64,000 bases of DNA from a virus (taxonomy: Duplodnaviria; Heunggongvirae; Uroviricota; Caudoviricetes): the IMG/VR virus record IMGVR_UViG_3300042554_002914; one strand, given 5' to 3'. The notes under the pieces are model-generated. The model made no database searches. It saw nothing but the letters and a program-made list of their open reading frames with translations, and was not told where the DNA came from. Below are positions 48,087 to 56,923 of this stretch, in pieces. Numbering within the stretch: position 1 is the first letter of the stretch; each line of letters starts with the position of its first letter. The position numbers were made by a program, and so were the translations under genes.

Positions 48087-48779
48087 TTATTCCTTGTCGT
48101 TGTATTCCCCGTCTTCATCATCATCGTCATCGTCCGAGTCTTCATCGCCACCTTCGCTAAGGATCTCATCGATCAGGGTATCAATTTCATCTTCATTTAG
48201 TTCTTCTTCACCTTCGACTTCGGACTCCTCATAAGGGTCTTCTTCGTATTGGGTTTCGTTGTCGTTGCTGTTGTCGTTGTCGTCAGAGTCACTTTCTGCG
48301 TCATCGTCAGAATCGCTCTCATCCGAACCCCAAATCTCTTCAGAAAGGCGTTTAAATTCTTCATCGGTTAGGAATGTTGAGTTTTCATCTGAATCTTTAA
48401 TATCATCGGCATCTTCGGCATCTTCGGCATCTTCATCAACTTCTTCGGCACCATCTCCCGGGCTAGCCGGAAAATAATCGTCTGGATTAAATGGCTGGTT
48501 GGGTTTAAAGTCACGGGACATACCATCATTGGCTTTCCAGAGCCCGGTATGCTCAATCCAGGGAGATGTATTATGAACTACGTTAGTTGGCAACCCATTA
48601 ATGGGGTCAATTTCGTGATCTTCAGGGTTTGACAATTGAGCTGCATAAGCTGCGCGGAAAGCTTCAATAGCATCCTGTTCAAAATCGCCGTTGATTCTAT
48701 TCGTCATTTGTTTAAGGGTCGGTACTTGAATGTTTAAGTGTTGGGGGGGAGGGGTTTGGGGTGTTGGGCCCTGGTCCAT
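48087..48779 (-). CDS. Highly acidic hypothetical protein
   Basis: C-terminal half is dominated by D/E; GDFEQDAIEAF leader. Confidence 0.7.
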   Translation of the reverse strand: MDQGPTPQTPPPQHLNIQVPTLKQMTNRINGDFEQDAIEAFRAAYAAQLSNPEDHEIDPINGLPTNVVHNTSPWIEHTGLWKANDGMSRDFKPNQPFNPDDYFPASPGDGAEEVDEDAEDAEDADDIKDSDENSTFLTDEEFKRLSEEIWGSDESDSDDDAESDSDDNDNSNDNETQYEEDPYEESEVEGEEELNEDEIDTLIDEILSEGGDEDSDDDDDDEDGEYNDKE

Positions 48780-48878
48780 TCAGCTTTCAGTTTTTAGGCC
48801 TATTTCAGCAAATGTTGAAAGTGTGCCCCGAGACCTACTTAGACCAATGATTATTACCCATCGTGCTGGCGGTAGGGG

Positions 48879-49220
48879 TCACCACTTTTCAATTTTACCG
48901 GAAATATCTTGCAATAATTTGCTATTGCCTTGAAGTTCCTCTTCATATTGTCTTATGGTGGCCTTGACTTCAGCCTTTAATTTACCCTCTTTAATGAGAC
49001 GTTCCTTTCTCTCATCGTCAGTTTCTTCCTTTTCAGCGTGATTTCCGTCAGCATCGTCAGCATCATCAATAACCACGGGGTGAATCTCATGAGTTAACCT
49101 ATCTAGGAGTTTATCCATAGAGTCTTTCAACCCCCTTCTACACACTGAATCGGCAGAAATTTCCATGGGGCCGCAAGGAATCCTGTATAAGTCTCTAATT
49201 TTAGCCTCAGTTTTGTCCAT
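48879..49220 (-). CDS. Hypothetical protein
   Basis: 113-aa ORF in operon order. Confidence 0.6.
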   Translation of the reverse strand: MDKTEAKIRDLYRIPCGPMEISADSVCRRGLKDSMDKLLDRLTHEIHPVVIDDADDADGNHAEKEETDDERKERLIKEGKLKAEVKATIRQYEEELQGNSKLLQDISGKIEKW

Positions 49221-49221
49221 G

Positions 49222-49557
49222 TCAAGCCCCTTCTCTAGGTTTTAAAATCCATTCATTTTCGTAATCCGTGTAATGGATACCTTTTCTTTTTTCTAATCTT
49301 CTGGCAGGGTCTTTCTTGTTGGCTTCCCTCATACCGTTTACCATGATGTCCCGCATGGCCCTAAGTTTTTCCTTTGGCACTTCACAGTGTGGGCTGTCCC
49401 TGTAGCTTCTATACCATTTACAAACTTCTGAGGGATCATCAGATTGTAACATCATGTTCCAGATTCCCATTTCTTGGCTACCGGTTAGCGTACCCACTGG
49501 TAATTTACCTTCTAGGTCTTCACGGGGTGGCCTATTAAATCTTGTGTCTCTTCTCAT
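49222..49557 (-). CDS. Hypothetical protein
   Basis: 111-aa ORF in operon order. Confidence 0.6.
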   Translation of the reverse strand: MRRDTRFNRPPREDLEGKLPVGTLTGSQEMGIWNMMLQSDDPSEVCKWYRSYRDSPHCEVPKEKLRAMRDIMVNGMREANKKDPARRLEKRKGIHYTDYENEWILKPREGA

Positions 49558-49736
49558 TGGGTAGCTACCAGTAGGGCTTCCATTAGTTCATTTTTGATAA
49601 ACTCAGATGACTCCATGTCCCCTCTTTTTCCCTCTAAATCAGACAAGGCAGACAAGGCTTTTGCATATTTATCGAAGTTTTCTTTATCGGAAGGTGCCTT
49701 ACGAATTAAGGCCTGGGCTTTTTCGATGCTATCCAT
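49554..49736 (-). CDS. Small helical protein (60 aa), candidate immunity partner of the metallopeptidase
   Basis: Starts 3 nt after the peptidase stop codon. Confidence 0.55.
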   Translation of the reverse strand: MDSIEKAQALIRKAPSDKENFDKYAKALSALSDLEGKRGDMESSEFIKNELMEALLVATQ

Positions 49737-49739
49737 AGT

Positions 49740-50543
49740 TTACCTCAGTAAGTTCCCTTCCCTTAGAACAGACTCCACCAGTTCATATTCCGCTGGAAAA
49801 AGTTTTTTCATTTTGGGTCCAGCGAATATGTAACTTGAAAATAGCTCAGCATAGTGCTCTAGTTGATTTGTTTTACTGTATGTGCTAACTCTTTTGAAGC
49901 TATCGGGAATTCCAACTTCTTTCGCTTTGAAGTGAGCGTGGTGCCCTAGTTCGTGGACTAACGTCACCAGTGTATTATTGCTGGCTGACCCTGGAGCTTT
50001 ACCCATAGTGTGTGGCAGTTCTTTACCTTGGGCGGCACTGGATAAGTGCTTTTCGGCAGTGGCCTTTATTTTCTTTACTTGCGGGGTAAACCCCTGAGCT
50101 GACCGAATAACTGTGACCCCTTCTTTATACGCTAACCCGCCCCAAGTCTTATTGTAGATTTTCTGCGAGATGGTGAAATCTGGGTTTTTGAAGTACCCTG
50201 AAAATGCGCTTCTGAAGGCTTCTTTGTTGCCTGCAATGTCCTTCCAGTCCATGAATAGGGTCTTAGTCTTATTGAAAATCCTCTGGAGAACTTCTACTCT
50301 GCGGGGGGCGTCTGGGTCCAGGGTTTTTAAATCCCGGATGGCACCCATGATGGAGTTCCTGTTAAAGTCTATCTTTAAGTCAGGGTGAGCTTTTACTTCG
50401 CCACTTCTCATTAGCTTGATGAATTTCCCAAGGGAATCTGCAATATATGGGCTTAATTCAACTCTGCAAACTAAACCCCGTTGAATGCAAGTTGAGCGAC
50501 AAGATTTCCCTAAAGAACATCTTTTCTTCCCGGACCCCCCCAT
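49740..50543 (-). CDS. Zincin (HExxH) metallopeptidase-like protein with N-terminal Cys4 module
   Basis: LVHELGHHAH...VSTYSKTNQLEHYAELF; N-terminus RCSLGKSCRSTCIQRGLVCRV. Confidence 0.82.
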   Translation of the reverse strand: MGGSGKKRCSLGKSCRSTCIQRGLVCRVELSPYIADSLGKFIKLMRSGEVKAHPDLKIDFNRNSIMGAIRDLKTLDPDAPRRVEVLQRIFNKTKTLFMDWKDIAGNKEAFRSAFSGYFKNPDFTISQKIYNKTWGGLAYKEGVTVIRSAQGFTPQVKKIKATAEKHLSSAAQGKELPHTMGKAPGSASNNTLVTLVHELGHHAHFKAKEVGIPDSFKRVSTYSKTNQLEHYAELFSSYIFAGPKMKKLFPAEYELVESVLREGNLLR

Positions 50544-50722
50544 CTCTGGGGTGCGCCTAGGTGCTGAATGGTTCCTGCAATTGCAAAATCAAATTCTTTA
50601 GGGTTATCTATTTCGATCATTAGTCCTCGTACCTGCCTATGGGGAATTTAATAGATGACGGGGTATATAGTAGTCCATGAATAAGATTTACCCAGGGTCA
50701 CACTAACTCCCCCCCCTATCCA

Positions 50723-51544
50723 TTAAGCTTCGTATGCCTCCAAGATTTCTGCTATGATGCCGTTCCTGACGATGTCCCCTCTTTCAAATTTAACTCTCCC
50801 CACCCCTCTAATGGAGGAAAGCCGGTGATAGCAATCTAAAAGTCCATTTTCAGGTTTAAATACATCTAGGTCAATTTGCCTTGTGTCACCCGTAATGACA
50901 ACTTTCGAGTCTTTTCCAACCCTACTGAGGACGGTTTTAACATTTTCTGGTAATGAATTTTGGGCCTCATCAAAAAGAATTAGGCACTCATTTAGTGATC
51001 TCCCCCTCAAATCCTCTAGGAGTGTGGGTTCTACAATCTTTTTATCTACAAGGTAATCCGCAGCCCCCTTGCTTCTAGTCATTACAACCAAATTGTCATA
51101 AACAGGTCCCACCAGTGGCTTCATTTTTTCTTCCAGGGTTCCAGGAAGAGCCCCCCTATTTCTTTGGTGAGAACAGCCTACGTCACTTCTAATGTAATAA
51201 ATTTTTTGAATGTTACCCTTAGAAATTTCACTCAATCCCCACCATAGCGCCACTAAGGTTTTTCCAACTCCTGATGGGCCTATAGCAATGGTGACTGTAT
51301 TCTTATTTAAAGAAGACCACAAGTCCTCCTGATGGTTTGTTTTCGGGTAAAAGGGTAGAACATCCATTCCCCTATAAGAGTGCTCAACCATTTGGGCGGA
51401 CTCTGCGCGGCGCGATTTGCGCTTGTCTTTTGATCTCAACATTTGGTAAAGAGGGTTAATGACAACTGTGGATAACGTGTATGCTTCGTTGCTAATTTGG
51501 ATTACATGATCCTCACCCCCTTCTAAACTAATAGGCAGAGTCAT
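50723..51544 (-). CDS. phoH: PhoH-like ATPase
   Basis: IGPSGVGKT, GALPGTLEEK, LRGRSL, DEAQN, SRVG..SK..ITGD..QID, DIVR. Confidence 0.95.
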   Translation of the reverse strand: MTLPISLEGGEDHVIQISNEAYTLSTVVINPLYQMLRSKDKRKSRRAESAQMVEHSYRGMDVLPFYPKTNHQEDLWSSLNKNTVTIAIGPSGVGKTLVALWWGLSEISKGNIQKIYYIRSDVGCSHQRNRGALPGTLEEKMKPLVGPVYDNLVVMTRSKGAADYLVDKKIVEPTLLEDLRGRSLNECLILFDEAQNSLPENVKTVLSRVGKDSKVVITGDTRQIDLDVFKPENGLLDCYHRLSSIRGVGRVKFERGDIVRNGIIAEILEAYEA

Positions 51545-51588
51545 TTGTGAAAGGGAACTCTACGACCTTATTTTACCCTGCCCCTGGC

Positions 51589-51610
51589 AAAAAGCTCCCG
51601 TTAGAGAGCT
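51589..51610 (-). terminator. Rho-independent terminator
   Basis: AGCTCTC-TAAC-GGGAGCT hairpin followed by a T run on the minus strand. Confidence 0.6.
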
Positions 51611-51662
51611 AATGCATTAGAGAGACCACCATTTATCGTGGTTGAGCAACCACTCTATGTAC

Positions 51663-51866
51663 TCATTCATGGACCCTTTCGACGAATAAGTCGAATCCAT
51701 TAGCGCCACCACACCATCGGGAGTAGGAGTCTTTCGGGATTGTGTATTGAGGTCTTTTTTTCGCTTGGCTGAGGTATCGGTCAGAAGCAGGGTCGGTAAT
51801 CAGGCAGCGGGTGCCGTGTAGCTCCTGCATGATAGCGGGGTTTTTATCGGTTGGTGAAATAGCCAT
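51663..51866 (-). CDS. Hypothetical protein
   Basis: 67-aa ORF. Confidence 0.55.
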   Translation of the reverse strand: MAISPTDKNPAIMQELHGTRCLITDPASDRYLSQAKKRPQYTIPKDSYSRWCGGANGFDLFVERVHE

Positions 51867-51923
51867 GAGAAACTGTTGGTAACAACAGCAACTTTTTATG
51901 CGGTTGCGAATCGCAATTTGCCG

Positions 51924-53336
51924 TCAGGTAACGATGGGTAGTAGTTGACTGTAGCTAACTAAGATTGCACACATGGTATCGGACGGGGGCCCCAATGGAA
52001 TCTGGGGGTCATCACATCTATTCAAAGTGCTTTGGATATTAGGATTGGAAGATTTCACTCTCCCTGAGTCTAGCATATGGGAGATAACGTTTAATGTGGG
52101 TTGTCTCGGCTTGCTACCTACGCAAACGTTTAACCCTAAGCCCTGTAGGTACACAGTCCAAGCTGCACTTACCATGGCGGATTCAAGTACAATTTCTTCC
52201 GCTTCGTATGCCTTAACTGCTAGGCTTAGGATTACTCCGACAGTTTTCAAGTCCCAATTGCCTTCGTAAGTGTCAAGGACATACATGTAGTCCCTTTTCT
52301 TTGTAACCCCTGCGATGCAAATACCTGTTTTATCAATGCTGCCGGCACTGAAAGCAGGATCAACAGAAATAATTACTTTATCTAATGGGGGGATTTTCGG
52401 TGTCGGTGAGCATCCCTTATAGAGCCAGGAGAACTTTTCATCGCCGATATTCCTTCTAATATGGTTCAGATTTTCGGGGGACCAGTAGGAATTGATTCTA
52501 CTCAAGGTTTCCCCTACATTCCTACCAAGAATGTCAGCCTCTGCCTCTTCTTTACTTTCGATAATTGCTGACAAATTAATGTGGACGGCTCCTTTCGGGT
52601 TTGATACGGGGTCGAAAACACCGAATTTATCTAAGAAGTAGCCGAAAATGTCTTCATCGCCCCATCTTGACCCAAAAACAACTATGGCACTGTTTTGGTG
52701 GCGCCGGGTCATAATTTCCTTTTCTATCCAGTCTTTATTTACTGTCATATTTGAGGACTTGTGATAGTCATCGATTAACCAAACCCCTGGTACCCCGTTG
52801 GGTCCACCCCAAGGTGAACGATACCCGTGCGTACGCCAGGGGATGTTAGCCGATGTTACGCTATCAGCCCGCAAATCAAGTTTTGAAAACAATTCCTCAA
52901 AAGGAAAGGCACTAACCAACTGCTTAACTCTACTTACTGCTAAGTCGGTGATACCCCCATTGTAAGAAGTTACGAAATGGTTAGTATCAGGATCTTTCCC
53001 CAGGAGCCAAGACAGAAATAGGGAGCCCAATGTAGACTTCCCAGTACGAGGAGGCATCGATACTAAGAGGATTGGGTACCTGCCTTCGGCAATGTCTTCA
53101 AAGGCGGACCCCAAGACTTCATAAGTTTCCCAATTTAGCAAGGAGTCTGTGCCTTCCGTGGCGCGAGACAAATAGCAAGGGAAACTATATTGGGCGCACT
53201 CTTTAATGTAGTCATTAATTATTTCCTTAGTCGCGCCTCTCATTTCAAGTTCAAGAAGTCCCCTCCTATACTTTCTCCAGCTTGAATGTTCCGATAGCTG
53301 GGAAGCGTGTGTTATTTTCGGGTGTTTTGGTGTCAT
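51924..53336 (-). CDS. terL: Terminase large subunit paralogue (divergent, 470 aa)
   Basis: Walker A PPRTGKS, Walker B WLIDD, RW..DIFG, nuclease ISVDPA; same N-terminus as 53422..55152. Confidence 0.8.
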   Translation of the reverse strand: MTPKHPKITHASQLSEHSSWRKYRRGLLELEMRGATKEIINDYIKECAQYSFPCYLSRATEGTDSLLNWETYEVLGSAFEDIAEGRYPILLVSMPPRTGKSTLGSLFLSWLLGKDPDTNHFVTSYNGGITDLAVSRVKQLVSAFPFEELFSKLDLRADSVTSANIPWRTHGYRSPWGGPNGVPGVWLIDDYHKSSNMTVNKDWIEKEIMTRRHQNSAIVVFGSRWGDEDIFGYFLDKFGVFDPVSNPKGAVHINLSAIIESKEEAEADILGRNVGETLSRINSYWSPENLNHIRRNIGDEKFSWLYKGCSPTPKIPPLDKVIISVDPAFSAGSIDKTGICIAGVTKKRDYMYVLDTYEGNWDLKTVGVILSLAVKAYEAEEIVLESAMVSAAWTVYLQGLGLNVCVGSKPRQPTLNVISHMLDSGRVKSSNPNIQSTLNRCDDPQIPLGPPSDTMCAILVSYSQLLPIVT

Positions 53337-53350
53337 TTTAGTTAAGATTT

Positions 53351-53385
53351 TGTTGGCTTGTGTTGGCTTGTGTTGGCTTGTGTTG
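53351..53385. repeat. 10-bp tandem repeat (TGTTGGCTTG x3.5)
   Basis: Directly visible between the two terL genes. Confidence 0.9.
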
Positions 53386-53421
53386 ATTTTTGGTTTGCTC
53401 TAGGACTTTTTTTACCTGGGG

Positions 53422-55152
53422 TCAGAGCGATAACCCATAACCAGTGTCATCCCTATTGAGGCGAGGTCTGGAAAAAGACTCTGGACCGATAAAACCAGAA
53501 CCAGAATCTAAATTATTGTAAAGTCCAGCCGAAGGTAAATTCCTCCCTACTCTACCAGTAGGTAAATTTGAATTACCCAAGAATGGCCTTCTGTTTCCTC
53601 CGCTCCACCTCCTCGCTTGTATTATAGCATCTTGTATCCCACGGTCAACGGTGTCTAGCTTCATCGCATAGTACGTCAGGGACCACACAAACGCATCCAC
53701 CGAGTCATCGTGCTTAACGAAGGGGAATCCTGTTAGCTCCTTAATAAAACTATCTACCCATAACCCCTCAACAAGTTTAACCCTGTCATTCTCTAAGAGT
53801 GGGCAAACAGCTTCGAGTCTAACCGTTTTTGACCTAAGGGGTCTCATTTCTTCTACAGGTATTTTTGTTTCCCGTCTCAACATTTGTATCAAAGATTGGC
53901 CGGATGCTGCCTTTTCGATACAGATTACTTTTGGTTTGTAGAAGGAATGTAGTTGCTTAATAGAGGCAATCAAGTCCGGGAAGCCCCATCTCCCTTTAAC
54001 GATTTCCCTAATGTAAACAGTTCTGGGATCTCTAGTCGAAATTCCAGCCACACAGACCGCAGTTTCGTCTGCACCTTCTTTTTCAGAAAACGCACAGTCT
54101 ACACCCAGCCATACTACATCTAGTGGTGGGCACTTTTTTTCTTCTACCATGGCGATCCATCCGGCCTTTACAATTTGACCTTCTGCTGCAGTTGGAGTTC
54201 CCTGATAAAGGGCCGCAAATTTGGAACTGCCCATAGTTTTCTTTTGGGCCTCCAGCATATCAATCGAGAATGCCGGGTTATCAGGCCAATGGGACTCACC
54301 GATTTGCCTGCCTAAGGGGTCATCGACGGGGTCTTCACACAGGCCCGCAATATTCACCCATCTCCAACCTTCCGGGTTTTCTTCCTCATCATAGCTGCCG
54401 TCCGATTCTAAAACCTGGCCATGCAAATCATTGGCATGAAACCTGGTCGCAATAATTAGACGGCAATAATTGTTAGTTTTACGTGTCGATGCCTCTTCTT
54501 GCCACCACGTTTGGAGACTCTCAAAAGCCCTGGCAGAAGCTGAGCTTTTCAGTGGGTCGTCGATTACCATGGCCCCCACACCTGGGCTAATAATGTTTAC
54601 AGACCCTGCCGTATGGCCAGTCAACACACCACCGACAGAAGTAGGCAGGATGTATCCGCCACTAAGCATCTCAAATTTAGAATCCTTGGCAAAACCTTTC
54701 CAATCGGGGAAGATTTTCTTAAAGACAGGTGTCTTCAACATGCCGATAACTTCCTTATGGAACTTATTGGACAGTGATAAACCATAAGAGGCAATAACGT
54801 GTTGAGTTTCTTGATCTCTCCCTAGTAACCAAGCCACAAACATTGATGCCAGCATTGATTTACCAGATCGAGGAGGACAGGATACGATCAAGTTATGGTA
54901 GCGTTTATTTGCTAGATCCTCAAAACCACTGGCAATAATTTCATGGAAATCCGCGACCTTTAACGCACCACCCTTCATTAAGTCTGCAAAAGCCAGGAAA
55001 CAATACCTAGAAGACTCAAACATGTAGTTCTGAATGACAGAGTTTGGTGCTTCTAAGACATTAAGATGATGTAAACCCCTAATGTAATGGCGCCATGAGC
55101 TGTGCTCATCTAGTTGACTAGCGTGGTTTATTATCGGCCGTGGGAGTGTCAT
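53422..55152 (-). CDS. terL: Terminase large subunit (576 aa)
   Basis: PPRSGKS, VGGVLTG, VIDDP, TRFH..DL.G, LYQG.P, GVDCA, IEKAASG, FP..KHDDSVDA. Confidence 0.93.
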   Translation of the reverse strand: MTLPRPIINHASQLDEHSSWRHYIRGLHHLNVLEAPNSVIQNYMFESSRYCFLAFADLMKGGALKVADFHEIIASGFEDLANKRYHNLIVSCPPRSGKSMLASMFVAWLLGRDQETQHVIASYGLSLSNKFHKEVIGMLKTPVFKKIFPDWKGFAKDSKFEMLSGGYILPTSVGGVLTGHTAGSVNIISPGVGAMVIDDPLKSSASARAFESLQTWWQEEASTRKTNNYCRLIIATRFHANDLHGQVLESDGSYDEEENPEGWRWVNIAGLCEDPVDDPLGRQIGESHWPDNPAFSIDMLEAQKKTMGSSKFAALYQGTPTAAEGQIVKAGWIAMVEEKKCPPLDVVWLGVDCAFSEKEGADETAVCVAGISTRDPRTVYIREIVKGRWGFPDLIASIKQLHSFYKPKVICIEKAASGQSLIQMLRRETKIPVEEMRPLRSKTVRLEAVCPLLENDRVKLVEGLWVDSFIKELTGFPFVKHDDSVDAFVWSLTYYAMKLDTVDRGIQDAIIQARRWSGGNRRPFLGNSNLPTGRVGRNLPSAGLYNNLDSGSGFIGPESFSRPRLNRDDTGYGLSL

Positions 55153-55430
55153 ACTTGGGGTTTAAACTTCTTAATGAGTTCAGCCGCAGTACCTATATAC
55201 TCCTTAGTGAGTTCCTTCTCAGACTTACTTTCACCTTCTGTCAAAGCAGCCGCATCGGAAATGAAATCTCTATGGGCTTTAACGGAGGAGTTAAAAATTT
55301 TCACTAAATCGTCAGTACTACACTCCTCCAAAGAAGCCTGGATAATAGTCAAGGAGTCCTCAGCTACTTGTAAAGTCCTGAGAGCTAGCTTTTCCTTTTG
55401 GCGTAGAATTTTTTCATTTTGATTCATCAT
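55149..55430 (-). CDS. Small helical protein, possible terminase small subunit
   Basis: 93 aa immediately upstream of and overlapping terL; positional inference only. Confidence 0.45.
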   Translation of the reverse strand: MMNQNEKILRQKEKLALRTLQVAEDSLTIIQASLEECSTDDLVKIFNSSVKAHRDFISDAAALTEGESKSEKELTKEYIGTAAELIKKFKPQV

Positions 55431-55579
55431 CTGAATCTCCTATTACAACTTGAGCAACCCTGTGGTTTAGGGGTAGATTTGTAGGAGTGCAATCTTCTTA
55501 GTAGGGTTTCAGCTAGTTTGTTATCGCCGGATTTAACTGCCGTATGGTACTGAGCCCATAGGGATCTTGGAGTTTCCAT
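55427..55579 (-). CDS. Small hypothetical protein (50 aa)
   Basis: Manual translation METPRSLWAQYH...GCSSCNRRFR. Confidence 0.5.
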   Translation of the reverse strand: METPRSLWAQYHTAVKSGDNKLAETLLRRLHSYKSTPKPQGCSSCNRRFR

Positions 55580-55682
55580 TTAACAATTAGCAAAGTTGAC
55601 AAGGTGTAGAGTTTCCTGCCTGCACATCAGATTGGGAGTTGCCACTTGGATCCCATTTTTACGAGGGCAATCATGGCAATCT

Positions 55683-56915
55683 TCAACACAGGGCCGTAGG
55701 TTCTGGCCCACCCTGGCAAACCCCACACCCAAGTTTCCACAGGGAATTCATGGAAGCAAGTTCAAATGTACCTTCTAGTAACCAACCTTTCCCTTGAGGG
55801 GATTGACCCACGAAGTAAAATCTTCCCTTAGGCGCTTGAATGAATATATCTGGTTTTACCCCAATTAATGAACCTCCCGCCAGGGTTTGGGTTTTTGCCT
55901 CTGGGTTTAGGGGGTCTGAGTAGAAAATTTGAAAAGCCCCCTTAACAACTGCAAATTCACCGGTATTCATTCCCTGGAAGAAAATGGCTTCTTTGACAGA
56001 ATCGGATGCAATGCCGCTATTGCCATCGGTTGCCCCTTCCAGTGTATTCCTCCATAGTTCAACAGCATATCTAGCTAGCTTTTTCCCGGAATCTACATAG
56101 AAAACTTCCCTCAGTGGCTGCCTAGTTTGAGCGTCCCAAACGGTAACCACTAGGCGACCATCTTCGGTATAGCTATTGTTACTTAGCAAGTAAATAGGTT
56201 GCCCCAAGGGGTCTTCTATGTATACTTCGGAAGGATCGCAAATAAAGACCCAGTCTCCACTTTGAGTTACTTCATTACTCCATCTGATGCCAGACTGGTT
56301 GGAAAACTCGTATTCTGACGGATTAGCGCCAGGGTACCATGGGACATAAATACTACCGGAAGCCTCGTCTACTACTCCGCCTAGGGGCAATGTGGTAGCT
56401 ACATTAAGTCCTGGGAACAACTGCCTGCAATCTCCCCTTTGGACGCAAGGGTCTAATGCGACGTATGGGTAGACTTCCTGTACTGTTACTGTATATAGTT
56501 GGGTGTATGCGTATTGAGATTGCTCGGTTATCCCCCTAAATTGGGTCGATGCGCAGTGGAACGGCTCAATAACTTGCACGAAAGAACCCGACGGCACCCC
56601 ACCTGAAATTGTGATTTCTGAACCCATTAACAACTGAGTAGCAAAATCATGGCCAGAACTGGTTAGGTAATTTTGGCAAAGGAAATTCAATTCAAATTGC
56701 ATCCTCTTATCGTAAATAAGGGGAATTTTATTTGTCACATTAGACGATGCCCCTACAAATCTAACCACAATGTTGTTAGTCTGATTTACCACACCCTCGT
56801 TATCCATGGCATCTGCCAGCCGTAGGACATTGACATTAAGTGGAATTAAAGGAGATGCTATTAGGGAGTCGCATAAGTACTGCTCTATGCGGGTTATAGT
56901 AGAAAGTTCAGCCAT
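55683..56915 (-). CDS. Putative tail-completion/neck protein
   Basis: 410 aa next to the Gp36-like gene; N-terminal 150 aa has a tail-terminator-like pattern. Confidence 0.5.
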   Translation of the reverse strand: MAELSTITRIEQYLCDSLIASPLIPLNVNVLRLADAMDNEGVVNQTNNIVVRFVGASSNVTNKIPLIYDKRMQFELNFLCQNYLTSSGHDFATQLLMGSEITISGGVPSGSFVQVIEPFHCASTQFRGITEQSQYAYTQLYTVTVQEVYPYVALDPCVQRGDCRQLFPGLNVATTLPLGGVVDEASGSIYVPWYPGANPSEYEFSNQSGIRWSNEVTQSGDWVFICDPSEVYIEDPLGQPIYLLSNNSYTEDGRLVVTVWDAQTRQPLREVFYVDSGKKLARYAVELWRNTLEGATDGNSGIASDSVKEAIFFQGMNTGEFAVVKGAFQIFYSDPLNPEAKTQTLAGGSLIGVKPDIFIQAPKGRFYFVGQSPQGKGWLLEGTFELASMNSLWKLGCGVCQGGPEPTALC

Positions 56916-56923
56916 TGTTTACC

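Noticed and set aside
55580-55720. Alternative-frame Cys-rich extension (PCVEDCHDCPRK...) of 55683..56915
   Set aside because: No slippery site or independent start was identified; support is insufficient.
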